From Malacoraja senta (Eukaryota), in the NCBI GenBank assembly GCA_038087875.1, contig CM075993.1, positions 2,110,001 through 2,174,000 of the forward strand: a stretch of 64,000 nt of DNA. The letters are read 5' to 3'. Below the pieces are notes generated by a model. That model did no database searches, had not been told where the DNA came from, and saw nothing but the letters and a program-made list of their open reading frames with translations. Positions within the stretch are counted from its first letter, which is position 1. Every line of letters starts with the position of its first letter. Shown piece by piece: positions 1 to 11,100 of this stretch. The position numbers and the translations under genes were made by a program.

Positions 1-107
1 TGTCATGTTGTTACTTGTGGGCGGAGCACCAAGGCAAATTCCTTGTATGTGAATACTTGGCCAATAAACTTATTTACTTATCTCACTTTCGCATCCACTC
101 CCTGCAC

Positions 108-389
108 ACTCGGAGTTGCTGCCTTACAGCGCCAGAGACCCGGGTTCGATCCTGCCTACGGATGCTGTCTGTACGGAGTTTGCCCGTTCTCCCATGTGAC
201 TGCGTGGGTTTTCTCCGGGTGCTCCGGTTTCCTCCCGCATTCCAAAGACGTGCGGGTTTGTGGGTTAATTGGCTGCAGGTTACATTGTAAATTGGCCCCA
301 GAGTGTAGGAAAGTGCTAGTGTACGGGGTAATCGTTGGTTGGCGTGGACTCGGTGGGCTGAAGGGCCTGTTTCCACTCTGTACCTCCAA
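108..389 (+). mobile_element. tRNA-derived V-SINE (HE1-like), 5' truncated
   Basis: B box GGTTCGATCC, V-domain GGAGTTTG..TTCTCCC..GGTTTCCTCCC..TCCAAAGAC, CR1-like tail GGGCTGAAGGGCCTGTTTCC. Confidence 0.8.
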
Positions 390-720
390 ACCTCCTGTAA
401 GTAAAAGCTGCAAGGAAAATGTTGTTAATCTTACACAGCCCAGCTTCAGGGAAGTCCAGTGGTGAGGAATAGATTATAAATGGAGCCGAGAAAATTCCAA
501 TTTGCCACACAAGCATAAAATTGGGGATAAGATAACCGATGTGGAATCAGATTCCCATCGGAGAAAGCACTAGCTGTCAGTTGTGGTGAAACCAAAGGAC
601 ATGTTCATCAGACGGATTCAATTACAACAGAGATCTCTATCACAAACCTGCTTACATTGAAAATCGACTTTCTTTTTTTCATCCACAGCGAAAATATTCC
701 ACTGAGCAGAACTCACTCAA

Positions 721-1115
721 CCCAAGCGCAGGCTCGGCGATCGTTTCGCTGAACACCTCCGCTCAGTCCACCTAAACCTACCCGATCTCCCGGTGGCTCA
801 GCACTTTAACTCCCCCTCCCATTCCCAATCTGACCTTTCTGTCCTGGGCCTCCTCCATTGTCAGAGTGAGGCCCAGCGCAAATTGGAGGAACAGCACCTC
901 ATATTTCGCTTGGGCAGTTTACACCCCAGCGGTATGAACATTGACTTCCCTAACTTCAAGTAGCCCTTGCTTTCTCTCTCTCTCCAACCTCTCCCCCTTC
1001 CCAGTTCTCCCACCAGTCTCACTGTCTCCGACTACATTCTATCTTTGTCCCGCAGCATCTCTGGAGAGAAGGAAGTGGCGACGCTTCGGGTCGAGACCCT
1101 TCTTCAGACTGGTCA
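721..1115 (+). mobile_element. Penelope-like element fragment (GIY-YIG C-terminus) with inverted terminal piece
   Basis: Closely similar to 53050-53290 (KRRLGDRFAEHLRSV...HFNSPSH...EEQHLIFRLG), followed by a reverse-oriented terminal repeat. Confidence 0.85.
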
Positions 1116-2969
1116 TTGTTAGCTGCGGGCTGAATGAAAACGTGCTACACAAGTCTGTGTTGAAAAGCCTTTGAATAAGATTCATTAGGTACTGAAATTT
1201 GTTTGAATTCTCCCTGAAATGTGTTACACGACACACAGTTGCTTTTGAATCACTTGAAATCGCAAGAATTAACAAGAGTTAATATTTGCACTGGGATTTT
1301 TTAACATCATTGCTGACAAGACCTGTATTTATGGTCCATTCCTGATTGCTCTGAAACCCAGTGGCTTGTTAGACCATTGTTGAGATCAGTTAAGAACCAG
1401 TGGGCTATAAATTCTTTTGTATAGTGTGAAGTTTTTACTGTGTCACCTCAAGGAATTTAATCTAAATTCCAATTATGAAATGCAATTGGCTTTTTGGGGG
1501 TGGGTCACACAGGTTTGAACATTTTTTTATTGGCTTCTATGTGTTTCTAACATGAAAGCAGCAGAAAAAATGCTTCAAAGTCAAATGGCTTGCTATTCGG
1601 ATTTGAGCTCAATTAGTTGCATGCAGCAAAAATCAAACGCTGGAGAGGAATGGGCAGTTGATGTTTTCATTCGAGACCCATTCTCATGTATTGTCACAAA
1701 ACATAATTCATGTTCATAAGTGATGGGAGTAGAATTAGGTCATTTGGCCCATCACAAAAGTCCACTCCGCCATTCGATCATGGCTGATCTATCTTTCTCT
1801 CATAACCCCATTCTCCTGCCTTCACCCCATAACCCCTGACACTCGTACGAATCAAGAATCTATCTATCTCTGCCTTCAAAATATCCACTGACAGCATCCA
1901 CAGCCTTGTGGAGTAGAATGGCAATGAATTCTGAAGATTCACCACCCTCTGACTAAAGAAATTCCTTCTCATCTCCTTCCTAAAGGGCCTGTCCCACTTA
2001 CGTGATTTTTTTCGGCGACTGCCGGCACCCGTCATAGCAGGTGGCCGAAAATGTTCAACATGTTGAAAGACCAGCGGCGACCAGAAAAAGGTACGACTCT
2101 TTGGGCGACTACTCACGGCCATACAGGCGTCACCTCGCGACACATCTATACAAGTCCATTTTGACGTGTTTAGCCCACATCCCTCTATTTAAGATCATAA
2201 GTGATAGTAGAATTAGGCCATTCGTCCCACATTCTACTCCACCATTTCATCATGGCTGATCTATCTCTCCCTCCTAACCCTATTCTCCTGCCTTCTCCCC
2301 ATAACCTCTGACACCAAGTCTAAAGAAGGGTCTGAAAGCCCATTTGAGTCTGAAGAAGGGTCTTGACTTGGAAGCTCACCTATCCATATTCTCCAGAGAT
2401 GAGGCATGACCCGTTGAAATACCCCTGCACTTTGCATCCGCCTTTCATATAAATGAGGATAAATGAAGGACATTCCTTTAGGAAGATGAGGAAGAATTTT
2501 GTACTCCAGTGCTTTGTGTCCATTTACATAAACCAGCATCTGTAGTTCCTTGTTTCTACCTTTAGAGTTTAAAGTTGAGTAATACAGCATGGAAACAGGC
2601 CCTTCGGCCCATTGTGTCCATGCCAGCCCATCAATCACCCATTCACACTAATTCAATGTTAACCCACTTTCATCAGTCAGAGGGTGGTGAATCTGTGGAA
2701 TTCATTGCCACAGAAGGCTGAGGAGGCCCTCAATGGATAATTTTAAAGCAAAGACAGATAGATTCTTGATTAGTGCGGGTGTCAGGGGTTATGGGGAGTA
2801 GACAGGAGAATGGGGTTTGGAGGGAGAGATAGATCAGCCGTGAATGAATGGCGGAGTAGACTTGATGGGCCGAATGGCCGAAATTCTGCTCCTATCACTT
2901 ATGAAGGACAACAAATAAATACTGAGGCTCCATCAGCTAGTTTCAAATCGAAACTTGCAGTGAATGTTC

Positions 2970-2985
2970 TTTATTTCGTTTTAAT
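2970..2985 (-). terminator. Candidate LOXL1 polyadenylation signals (ATTAAA 2985-2980, AATAAA 2975-2970)
   Basis: First canonical hexamers I found on the minus strand downstream of the stop codon. They sit in AT-rich unique sequence with a U/GU-rich tract about 45 nt further on. Confidence 0.3.
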
Positions 2986-3305
2986 ATTGCAATTATACAT
3001 CCAGCCTACAAAAGTTCAGTAAAAATTAACAATTTCTTGTGAAATATTTCTGCTATTTTAAGTAATGCATACACACATGGTTGCCAAGGCAGAGTCTTTG
3101 AGTGCAAAGTTATATAATCCTATGTGATCGACATGGATTGAGTTAAAGACCAATGATACAGTAGAGTAATGTTTGCTCTCAGGTTGTCCAGTTTATGAGT
3201 CCTGAGAACTCGAAATAAAAGCAGAGACCAGTTCCGTGAACAATGTGTAGGAAGGAACTGTAGATGCCTGTTTAAACCGAGGATAGATGCAAAATGCTGG
3301 AGTAA

Positions 3306-3694
3306 AGCCCCTGTCCCACTTAGGAGACCTAAACAGCAACCTCTGGTGACCTTGTCCGCCACCCAAAAAAAATCAAGGTCGAGGTGACCTGCAACCTCCT
3401 ACCACCTCCCACGCATATGTTGAAAACCTTCCTCGACTATGAAGAAAACCGGCTTCGTCTAGACCTGCGACTAAAAAATTATCGTTTTTTAAAACGGCAA
3501 CTTATTTTTAGTCGAGGCCGGTTATAATCACGATGAAAAAATAGCAGCAACCTAGATGAAGCTTCGACCGCGCGGAAACCACTTTCGACCATTAGGGAGA
3601 GTGACCAAAACCTCCAGTGACCTCGGGGAAACCTTGGGTGGCGGGCAAGGTTACCAGAGGTTGCTGTTTAGGTCTGCTAAGTGGGACGGGGGCT
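3306..3694. mobile_element. PIF/Harbinger-type MITE, complete
   Basis: About 60-bp imperfect TIRs starting AGCCCCTGTCCCACTT; TAA duplicated at 3303-3305 and 3695-3697; splits the host sequence GGAG-TAA-CTCAGC. Confidence 0.85.
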
Positions 3695-4114
3695 TAACCC
3701 AGCGGGACAAGCAGGATCTCTGTAGAGAAGGAATGGGTGACAGTATCTAAAGAAGGGTCTTGACCCATTCCTTCTCTCCAGAGATGCTGCCTGTTCCGCT
3801 GAGTTACTCCAGCATTTTGTGTCTATCTTCGGTTTAAACCAGCATCTGCAGTTCCTTCCTCCACATTGTTTCCAGACTAGCGTTTTATGCTTTTACTCTG
3901 CGACTAAAGATTCTTCAACTGTGTCCCACAGGCACCGTTTCTGTCGGCTACCTTCAGTATTCAGTGGATCATTATTTTCCTTTGTCAGTAGTAACGATAG
4001 TTTGTCTACTACAGATGTGATATTTACAGAGATATACACGCTGAACCGGTGAGGAATGGAACGCGCAGAACAACGAGGGCAGGGAGAGAAACGTTAGCTA
4101 ATAATGGTTCCGTC

Positions 4115-4960
4115 AGGGCCTGTCCCACTTGGCTGGCATTTACGCGACAGGCGGTAGTGACTGTCGCGCACGTCATCATGCGTCCGCGCAGCCGTCTGGA
4201 GCGTGTGACGTCATTTCAATACCCAGTTTATGATATTTACCCAGTTTATGATATTTAAGGTGATTTTCTAAATGTTCCAGTTTCTTGAGTGTAGCTAGCA
4301 ATTGGAAAACTGCAGATGTAATGCCCCTATTCAAATAAAGAGGTGAAGGAAAAGTAGCAAGGTGCAGACCAAATTAATCTATGGGAAGGAACTGCAGATG
4401 CCGGTTTAAATTGAAGATAGACACAAAAAGCTGGAGTAACTCAGCGGGACCAGCAGCATCTCTGGAGAGAAGGAATGGGTGATGTTTCGGGTCGAGACCC
4501 TTCTTCAGACTGATGTCAGGGGAGAGGGAAACACAGAGATAAGGAAGGGTAAGGTGTAAAAACAGGGCAAAGGGAATGAAGATCAAGGAAAATGTGGAAT
4601 AGATCATTGTTAGCTGGGAGAAGGTAACAACTGACATCCCAACATCAGTCTGAAGAAGAGTCTCGACCCGAAAACATCACCCATTCCAGAGATGCTGCCT
4701 GTCCCGCTGAGGAACGGATGATGTTTCAGTCTGAAGAAGGGTCTCGACCCGAAACGTCACCCTGTCCCACTTGGCCGTCATTTACGCGACAGGCCGCTGG
4801 CGCGCGAAGATTTCGTGCAGGACGAAATCCTGGAGCGCTGCGCGATACCGGGCGCAACTCCACGCTCCTCCACGCCACTCCATGCGCCTGTCCCGCGCTA
4901 ACCACACGCTACCAGGTCGCGTAAGTGGCGCGCAAATGACGGCCAAGTGGGACAGGCCCT
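4115..4960. mobile_element. Harbinger-type composite MITE (left end, internal cargo, internal TIR copy at about 4761, right end)
   Basis: AGGGCCTGTCCCACTTGG at 4115 and CCAAGTGGGACAGGCCCT ending at 4960; same parts in the same order as 50524-51084. Confidence 0.6.
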
Positions 4961-5207
4961 TTCTGCATTTGCTGTGTGCGGTTAAAATGCTGCCGCGACC
5001 TTGAAACGCCATCGATCTGCTCTCCCAACTCTTGAAACAATGCTGTTAACCCTTGGGCTTCTTTCAGAAAGAGTTTTCCCCAACATCAATGGCAAACTAT
5101 CCCCCATCTCGATCATGTGACATTTTCTGTCACTTATGTTTCAGAAAGAACTGCAGATGCTGGAAAAATCGAAGGTGAGGCAGCATCTATGGAGCGAAGG
5201 AATAGGT

Positions 5208-5235
5208 GACGTTTCGGGTCGAGACCCTTCTTCAG
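5208..5235 (-). ncRNA. Minimal hammerhead ribozyme motif, sense to LOXL1, downstream of the stop codon
   Basis: Reverse complement reads CTGAAGAAGGGTCTCGACCCGAAACGTC. Confidence 0.6.
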
Positions 5236-5469
5236 ACTGATGTGGGGGTCAGTAGTTCTGTCACTAAGGTCATTTGTTGCACGCAATAGATTTAAGATGT
5301 TAACGACATCGCCACTTACCAATCCATCACTAGTTTAGTCCGAGACTTGGGAATAACAGGAGGCTCTCTCTTCTCTCCTGGTAAATGCGTCATGTAGAAA
5401 GGGTCCCGACACAAAACATTCCCAGTCCATTCCCTCCACAGAGGCTGCCTGACCGTCTGAGTTCCTCCG

Positions 5470-5870
5470 GTTGCCTGATGACAGCTGGGAAGAAACTGTC
5501 CCTGAATCTGGAGGTGTGCGTTTTCACACTTTTGTACCTCTTGCCCGATGGGAGAGGGGAGAAGAGGGAGTGGCCGGGGTGCGACTGGTCCTTGATGATG
5601 CTGCTGGCCTTGCCGAGGCAGCGTGAGGTGTAGATGGAGTCAATGGAAGGGAGGTTGGTTTGTGCGATGGTCTGGGCTGCGTCCACAATGTGCTGCAATT
5701 CAGATAGAGGGCAGGCTAATCATCTACTAGAGAGCAGTCCTGACCTCATTGGTGACCCTCGGACTATCCTTGATCAGACTTTCCTGGCTTTACCTTGCAC
5801 TAAACGTTATTCGTGTATCATGTATCTGTACACTGTGAACGGCTCGATTGTAATCATGTATTTTGTTTCG
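5470..5870 (-). mobile_element. Rex1/Babar-type LINE 3' fragment
   Basis: ORF 5390..5698 [60 protein letters not shown]. Confidence 0.78.
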
Positions 5871-5874
5871 AATA

Positions 5875-6172
5875 GTTTAGAGACACAATGCAGAAACAGG
5901 CCCTTCGGCCCATCGAGTCCATGCCCACCAGCGATCCCCACACATTTACCCTACACTTACTAGGGACAATTTCGCATTTGTAACCAAGCGGATTCACCTA
6001 CAAACCGGCGCGTCTTTGGAGTGTGGGAGGAAACCGAAGATCTCGGAGAAAAGGAACGCAGGTCACGGGGAGAACGTACAAACTCCGTACAGGCAGCACC
6101 CGTAGTCGGGATCGAACCCGGGTCTCTGGCGCTGTGAGGCAGCAGTTCTACCGCTGAGCCACTGTGCCGCCC
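5875..6172 (-). mobile_element. tRNA-derived V-SINE (HE1-like)
   Basis: A/B boxes, V core, LINE-derived tail. Confidence 0.85.
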
Positions 6173-6270
6173 GTCTTTCTGCTGACTGGTCAGCAGGCGA
6201 CTAAAGCGTTCCACTGTACCTCGGTACACGCGACAATAAACTCAACTCAACTCAACCCAATTGGAAAAAG

Positions 6271-6536
6271 TTTGAAGAAGGGTTTCGGCCCGAAACGTTG
6301 CCTATTTCCTTCGCTCCATAGATGCAGCAATTTTGTCTACCTTGGAGAAACTCTGCGGGTGCAGCAGCATCTATGGAGCGAAGGAAATAGGCAACGTTTC
6401 GGGCCGAAACCCTTCCGGGTTTCGGCCCGAAACGTTGCCTATTTCCTTCAGGGTTTCGGCCCGAAACGTTGCCTATTTCCTTCGCTCCATAGATGCTGCT
6501 GCACCCGCTGAGTTTCTCCAGCATTTTTGTGTACCT
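6271..6536. mobile_element. Penelope-derived foldback short element with 14-bp target duplication
   Basis: Inverted and tandem copies of the hammerhead terminal repeat, flanked by CCAATTGGAAAAAG at 6257-6270 and 6537-6550. Confidence 0.8.
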
Positions 6537-8172
6537 CCAATTGGAAAAAGGCAGGTTCACATGTTTCTGAGTGTGTAACTCCTTTCTAAGTAGAAGAAGG
6601 CTAAGGGGCAGGCTCTTCTAAACTTTCTTTGGCATTATTTTGGCACTAAAGAGGCAGTGTAGCACAATTCACCTTAATTAACTAAATAAATCATTCAATG
6701 AATCAACAGAGAACCTCATGTTTGTGGAGCTTTGGAGTTGTTGCCTCACGGTGCCTGAGATCTGAGATCAGTCGTCACCTTGGATGCTGTCCGCGTGGAG
6801 TTTGCACGTTCTCCCTGCGACTGTGCGTATATCCTCCCTCATCCCGTAGCCGTGCCGGTTGGAAGGTTAATTGTGTTGGAAGGAACTGCACCGAAGGTAG
6901 ACACAAAATGCTGGAGTAACTCAGCGGGACAGGCGGCATCTCTGGAGAGAAGGAATGGGTGACGTTTGGGTCGAGGCCCTTCATCAGACTGAGAGTAAGG
7001 GAGGGGGGAAAACTAGAAGGCATGAAAAGGTACAGAACAAGTCGCGTCAGGTAAAGTCGAGTCATCGATGACCAAGGAAGGGCAGAGCCCACAATGGTCT
7101 ATTGTTGGCTGGGGACAAGGCAACAACGAAGGGATACACATGGTGAAATTAGCAAGAGGACTAGGCTGGGGGGGGGGGGTGGATGACAAGAGAGGGGGGG
7201 ACTTTGACAGTGGAGGAGGCCCAGGACAGAAAGGTCAGTGTGGGGAATGGGAGGGGGAGTTAAAAGTGTGTCGGAGGGAACTGCAGATGCTTGCTTCTAC
7301 CAAAGGTAGATACAAAGTGCTGGAGTAACTCAGCGGGTCAGGCAGCATCTCTGGAGAAAAAGGATGGGTGACGTTTCAGGTCGGGACCCTTCTTCAGTTG
7401 TCACCCATCCCATTTTCTCCAGAGATGCTGCCTGACCCGCTGGGTTACTCCAGCACTTGGTGTCTACCTTGGATGAGTGGTGGTCTTGTCATCGTGTCCG
7501 GCACGGACATTGTGGGCCGAAAGGCCTGTTCTTGTGCTGTACTGTTCTATGTTCTATGATTCTGGGAAGGGTTGAATGCTGGAAAGGACATCCCCTGCTT
7601 GATTGAATCAAAGGGATGGACGTGACCAAGACATACTCGCTTGGGGAAGCTGGGACGGTTGGAAATATTCAATCCAAAATCTGTTCGAAAATGGGCCAAA
7701 GTTCAGCACATTCAAGACCAAAGTGGGAAGATTTGTGATCCTGGCCAATAACCCCCCGGTAGATAATGCAGGAATATACCGATGTGGATGCCCAACCCTG
7801 GTCTTCAATAGGCAGGGAAGAGTGAGTTGGGCTTACGGGCTACACTTGCATCTATTTCTTATCTATTGAAAAGTGCAACAGAGGAATTGGCTTTCCTAAT
7901 GGGCATGCCTAGATTGTAACGAGGGGTGCTAAGAGTGGCTTTTCCAGATGTCCATACACAGGCGTTGGCTGACGGGTCAGTGCGGAGGTTTATATGTAGT
8001 GGGGTCGCCTCCAGGTCCACAGGTCTCTCGACACCCCTCTTGGATACTTTGGTTGTGACTGATCTCCAGGTGACAGCTACCAAACCACAGCCGCTGCAGG
8101 ATAAAGTTCGCCCCCCCCCGCGACGATGTCAAGCAGTATGGAGGCAGTGTTTTGAGACTCAAAACTTGAAGA

Positions 8173-8179
8173 TCAGGAC
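8173..8179 (-). CDS. LOXL1: LOXL1 exon 7 coding part (7 nt: G TCC TGA), start of 3' UTR
   Basis: Polypyrimidine acceptor ttggttttttttattatccag|GTCCTGA completes CA|G (Gln), Ser, stop, matching the QS-stop end of LOXL1. Confidence 0.85.
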
Positions 8180-11100
8180 CTGGATAATAAAAAAAACCAA
8201 ATGGCAGTGAAAGCCTCAACAAGCAGTTTCAACATCCCTTACCTCAAGAATAAGGACAGAACTTTTATTATAAATCCAGGAACAAAGAACTGCAGATGCT
8301 GGTTTATACCGAAGATAGACACAAAAAGCTGGAGTAACTTAGCGGGACAGGCAGCATCTCTGGAGAGAAGGAATGGGTGACGTTTCGGGACAGGCAGCAT
8401 CTCTGGAGAGAAGGAATGGGTGACGTTTCGGGACAGGCAGCATCTCTGGAGAGAAGGAATGGGTGACGTTTCGGGTCTCGACCCTTCTTCAGACTGATGT
8501 CAGGGGACAGGGAGATACATAGATAAGGAAGTGTGAGGTGTGAAAACAGGGCAAAGGGGATGGAGATCAAGGAAAATGTGGAATAGATCATTGTTCGCTG
8601 GGAGAAGTTGACAACTGACATCCCAACATCAGTCTGAAGAAGAGTCTTGACCCGAAGCGTCAACCATTCCTTGTCTCCATGAGATGCTGCCTGTCCCGCT
8701 GAGTTACTCCAGCTTTTTTGTCTACCTAAAAATACTTACTGTGTTATTTTACAATTTGTAGTGGCAACCTGTTGTCCTGTGTAATGAATGTTGCATCTGA
8801 TCACATTGTTGGTGAAATCGGATTCTGGTATAAGGTAATTGGGATTTACTTGAAGCTGTAACATAAAAAGACAAATTATAAAGACATATAGAGACAGGAG
8901 GAACTGCAGAGTCTGGCATCTGGAGCAAAACACAAAGTGCTGGAGTAACTAATTGGGTCAGGCAGCATAAGTCCATAAGTTCATAAACGAGAGGAGCAGA
9001 ATTAGGCCATTCGGCCCATCAAGTCTACTCCGCCATTCAATCGTGGCTTATCTCAGAGGGGGTGGAGGCCGGTTCTCTGGATACTTTCAAGAGAGCTAGA
9101 TAGGGCTCTTAAAGATAGTGGAATCAGGGGATATGGAGAGAAGGCAGGAACGGGGTACTGATTGGGGATGATCAGCCATGATCACAGTGAATGGCGGTGC
9201 TGGCTCGAAGGGCCGAATGGCCTACTCCTGCACCTGTTGTTGATTGTCTATTTATCTATCCTTCCCTTTCAACCTGCATCCTCCCCATAACCCCTGACAC
9301 CCGCACTAATCAATAATCCATCTATCTCTGCCTTAAAAGTATCCATTGACTTGGCCTCCACCGCCTTCTGTGGCATCTGTGGAAGGAACGGATAAGGATA
9401 CCCCCTTCGGTCTGAACCAGTGTCCTGACCCAAAACGTCACCTCCCCATTCCCTCCACAGATGCCGCCCGACCCAATGAGTTACCCCAGCACCTTGTGTT
9501 CTGCCGCAAAAATATTTGCTTCACAATATTGAGCAAAGCAACAATTATCTCTACAATTACCTTTAGAATATAATTCCCGGGCTGGACGTCTGTGATGTCA
9601 ATCCACTGACAGTCAATATCTGCGTTGTAGGTGTCATAGCAACCAGGACTCAGCCCCTGAAAGACCAAAGAAGATGTCTGCGATGTTAAATAGCAATGTC
9701 TTGGCCCCCACGATTAACGAACATTAACGGTCGCGGTGGCGCAGCGGTAGAGTCGCTGCCTTCCAGCGAATGCAGCGCCGGAGACCCGGGTTCGATCCCG
9801 ACTACGGGTGCTGTCTGTACGAGTTTGTACATTCTCCCCGTGGGTTTTCTCCGAGATCTTCGGCTTCCTCCCACACTCCAAAGACGAACAGGTTTGTAGG
9901 TTAATTGGCTTGGTGTAAATGTTTTAAAAATTGTCCCTTAGTGGGTGTAGGATGGTGTTAATGTGCGGGGAGTCCTTCAGCTCATGATATCTGTGCCATA
10001 CATGAGCCTGAGGCCGCATCCTATCGTGATCCATATCCCTCCATTCCTTGCGTCATTTTATCCTGCAGATGTTGTTAACATCTCAAATTGTGCAGGAAAA
10101 AGGACCATTAAGGGAAAGAAATCCATTCTTTGAAAGATCATCCAACTGCTCTCCTCTCATGCCCTTTCCCCACAGCTCTGCAATTTACTTCTTTTCAATT
10201 AGATATTCAATTCCATTTTAGAAAATTACCCTTGAATTGTTTCCAAGATCCATTCGGGCGGTGTAATCCTGATTCTAATGCTTAATGAAAATTCTCAGCT
10301 CCCCTCAATTACCTGAAATGTATGTCTCCTGGCTAAATAACCTGCCTGCCGATGTAATTGTCCAATCTTTAACGTCTGTGGAGAATATTGCCATCACCTA
10401 CTCAGCGAGGCATGGCAAATATTTATCTAAAGAAGAGGTTTATTTACAATGGGGAGGAAGGAAGTGCAGATGCTGGTTTTAAAGCGAAAATAGACTCATC
10501 TTAGAGAGGTGTAGAACATCATGAGAGGAATCGATCGGGTGGATGCACAGTCTCTTGCCCAGAGTAGGTGAATCGAGGACCAGAAGACATAGGTTTAAGG
10601 TGAAGAAAAAATGATTTAATAGGAATCTGAGGGGTAACTTTTTCACACAAAGGGCGGTGGGTGTATGGAACAAGCTGCCAGAGGAAGTAGTTGAGGGACT
10701 ATCCCAACGTTTAAGAAACAGTTAGACAGGTACATGGATAGGACAGGTTTGGAGGGATATGGACCAAACGCAGGCAGGTGGGACTAGTGTAGCTGGGACA
10801 TGTTGGCCGGTGTGGGCAAGTTGGGCCGAAGGGCCTGTTTCCACGCTGTATCACTCTGTGACTCTATGACTCAATAAACACAAAAAGCTGGAGTAACTCA
10901 GCGGGAGAGGCAGCATCTCTGGAGAAAAGGAATAGGTGATGTTTTGGGTCGAGACCCTCCTTCAGACTGAGTCAGGGGAAAGGGATGGTGGTATAAAGAG
11001 ATTTAGAACAAAAGATATGCGAAGATATTTTATATTAGACAGTGAACATGCAAACTCCGTACAGACAGCACCCGTAGTCAGGATCGAACCGCAATGGGAG

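Noticed and set aside
390..720. Possible terminal exon of a convergent neighbour gene (STOML1 lies there in human)
   Set aside because: No stomatin or SCP2-like peptide is recognisable in any frame.
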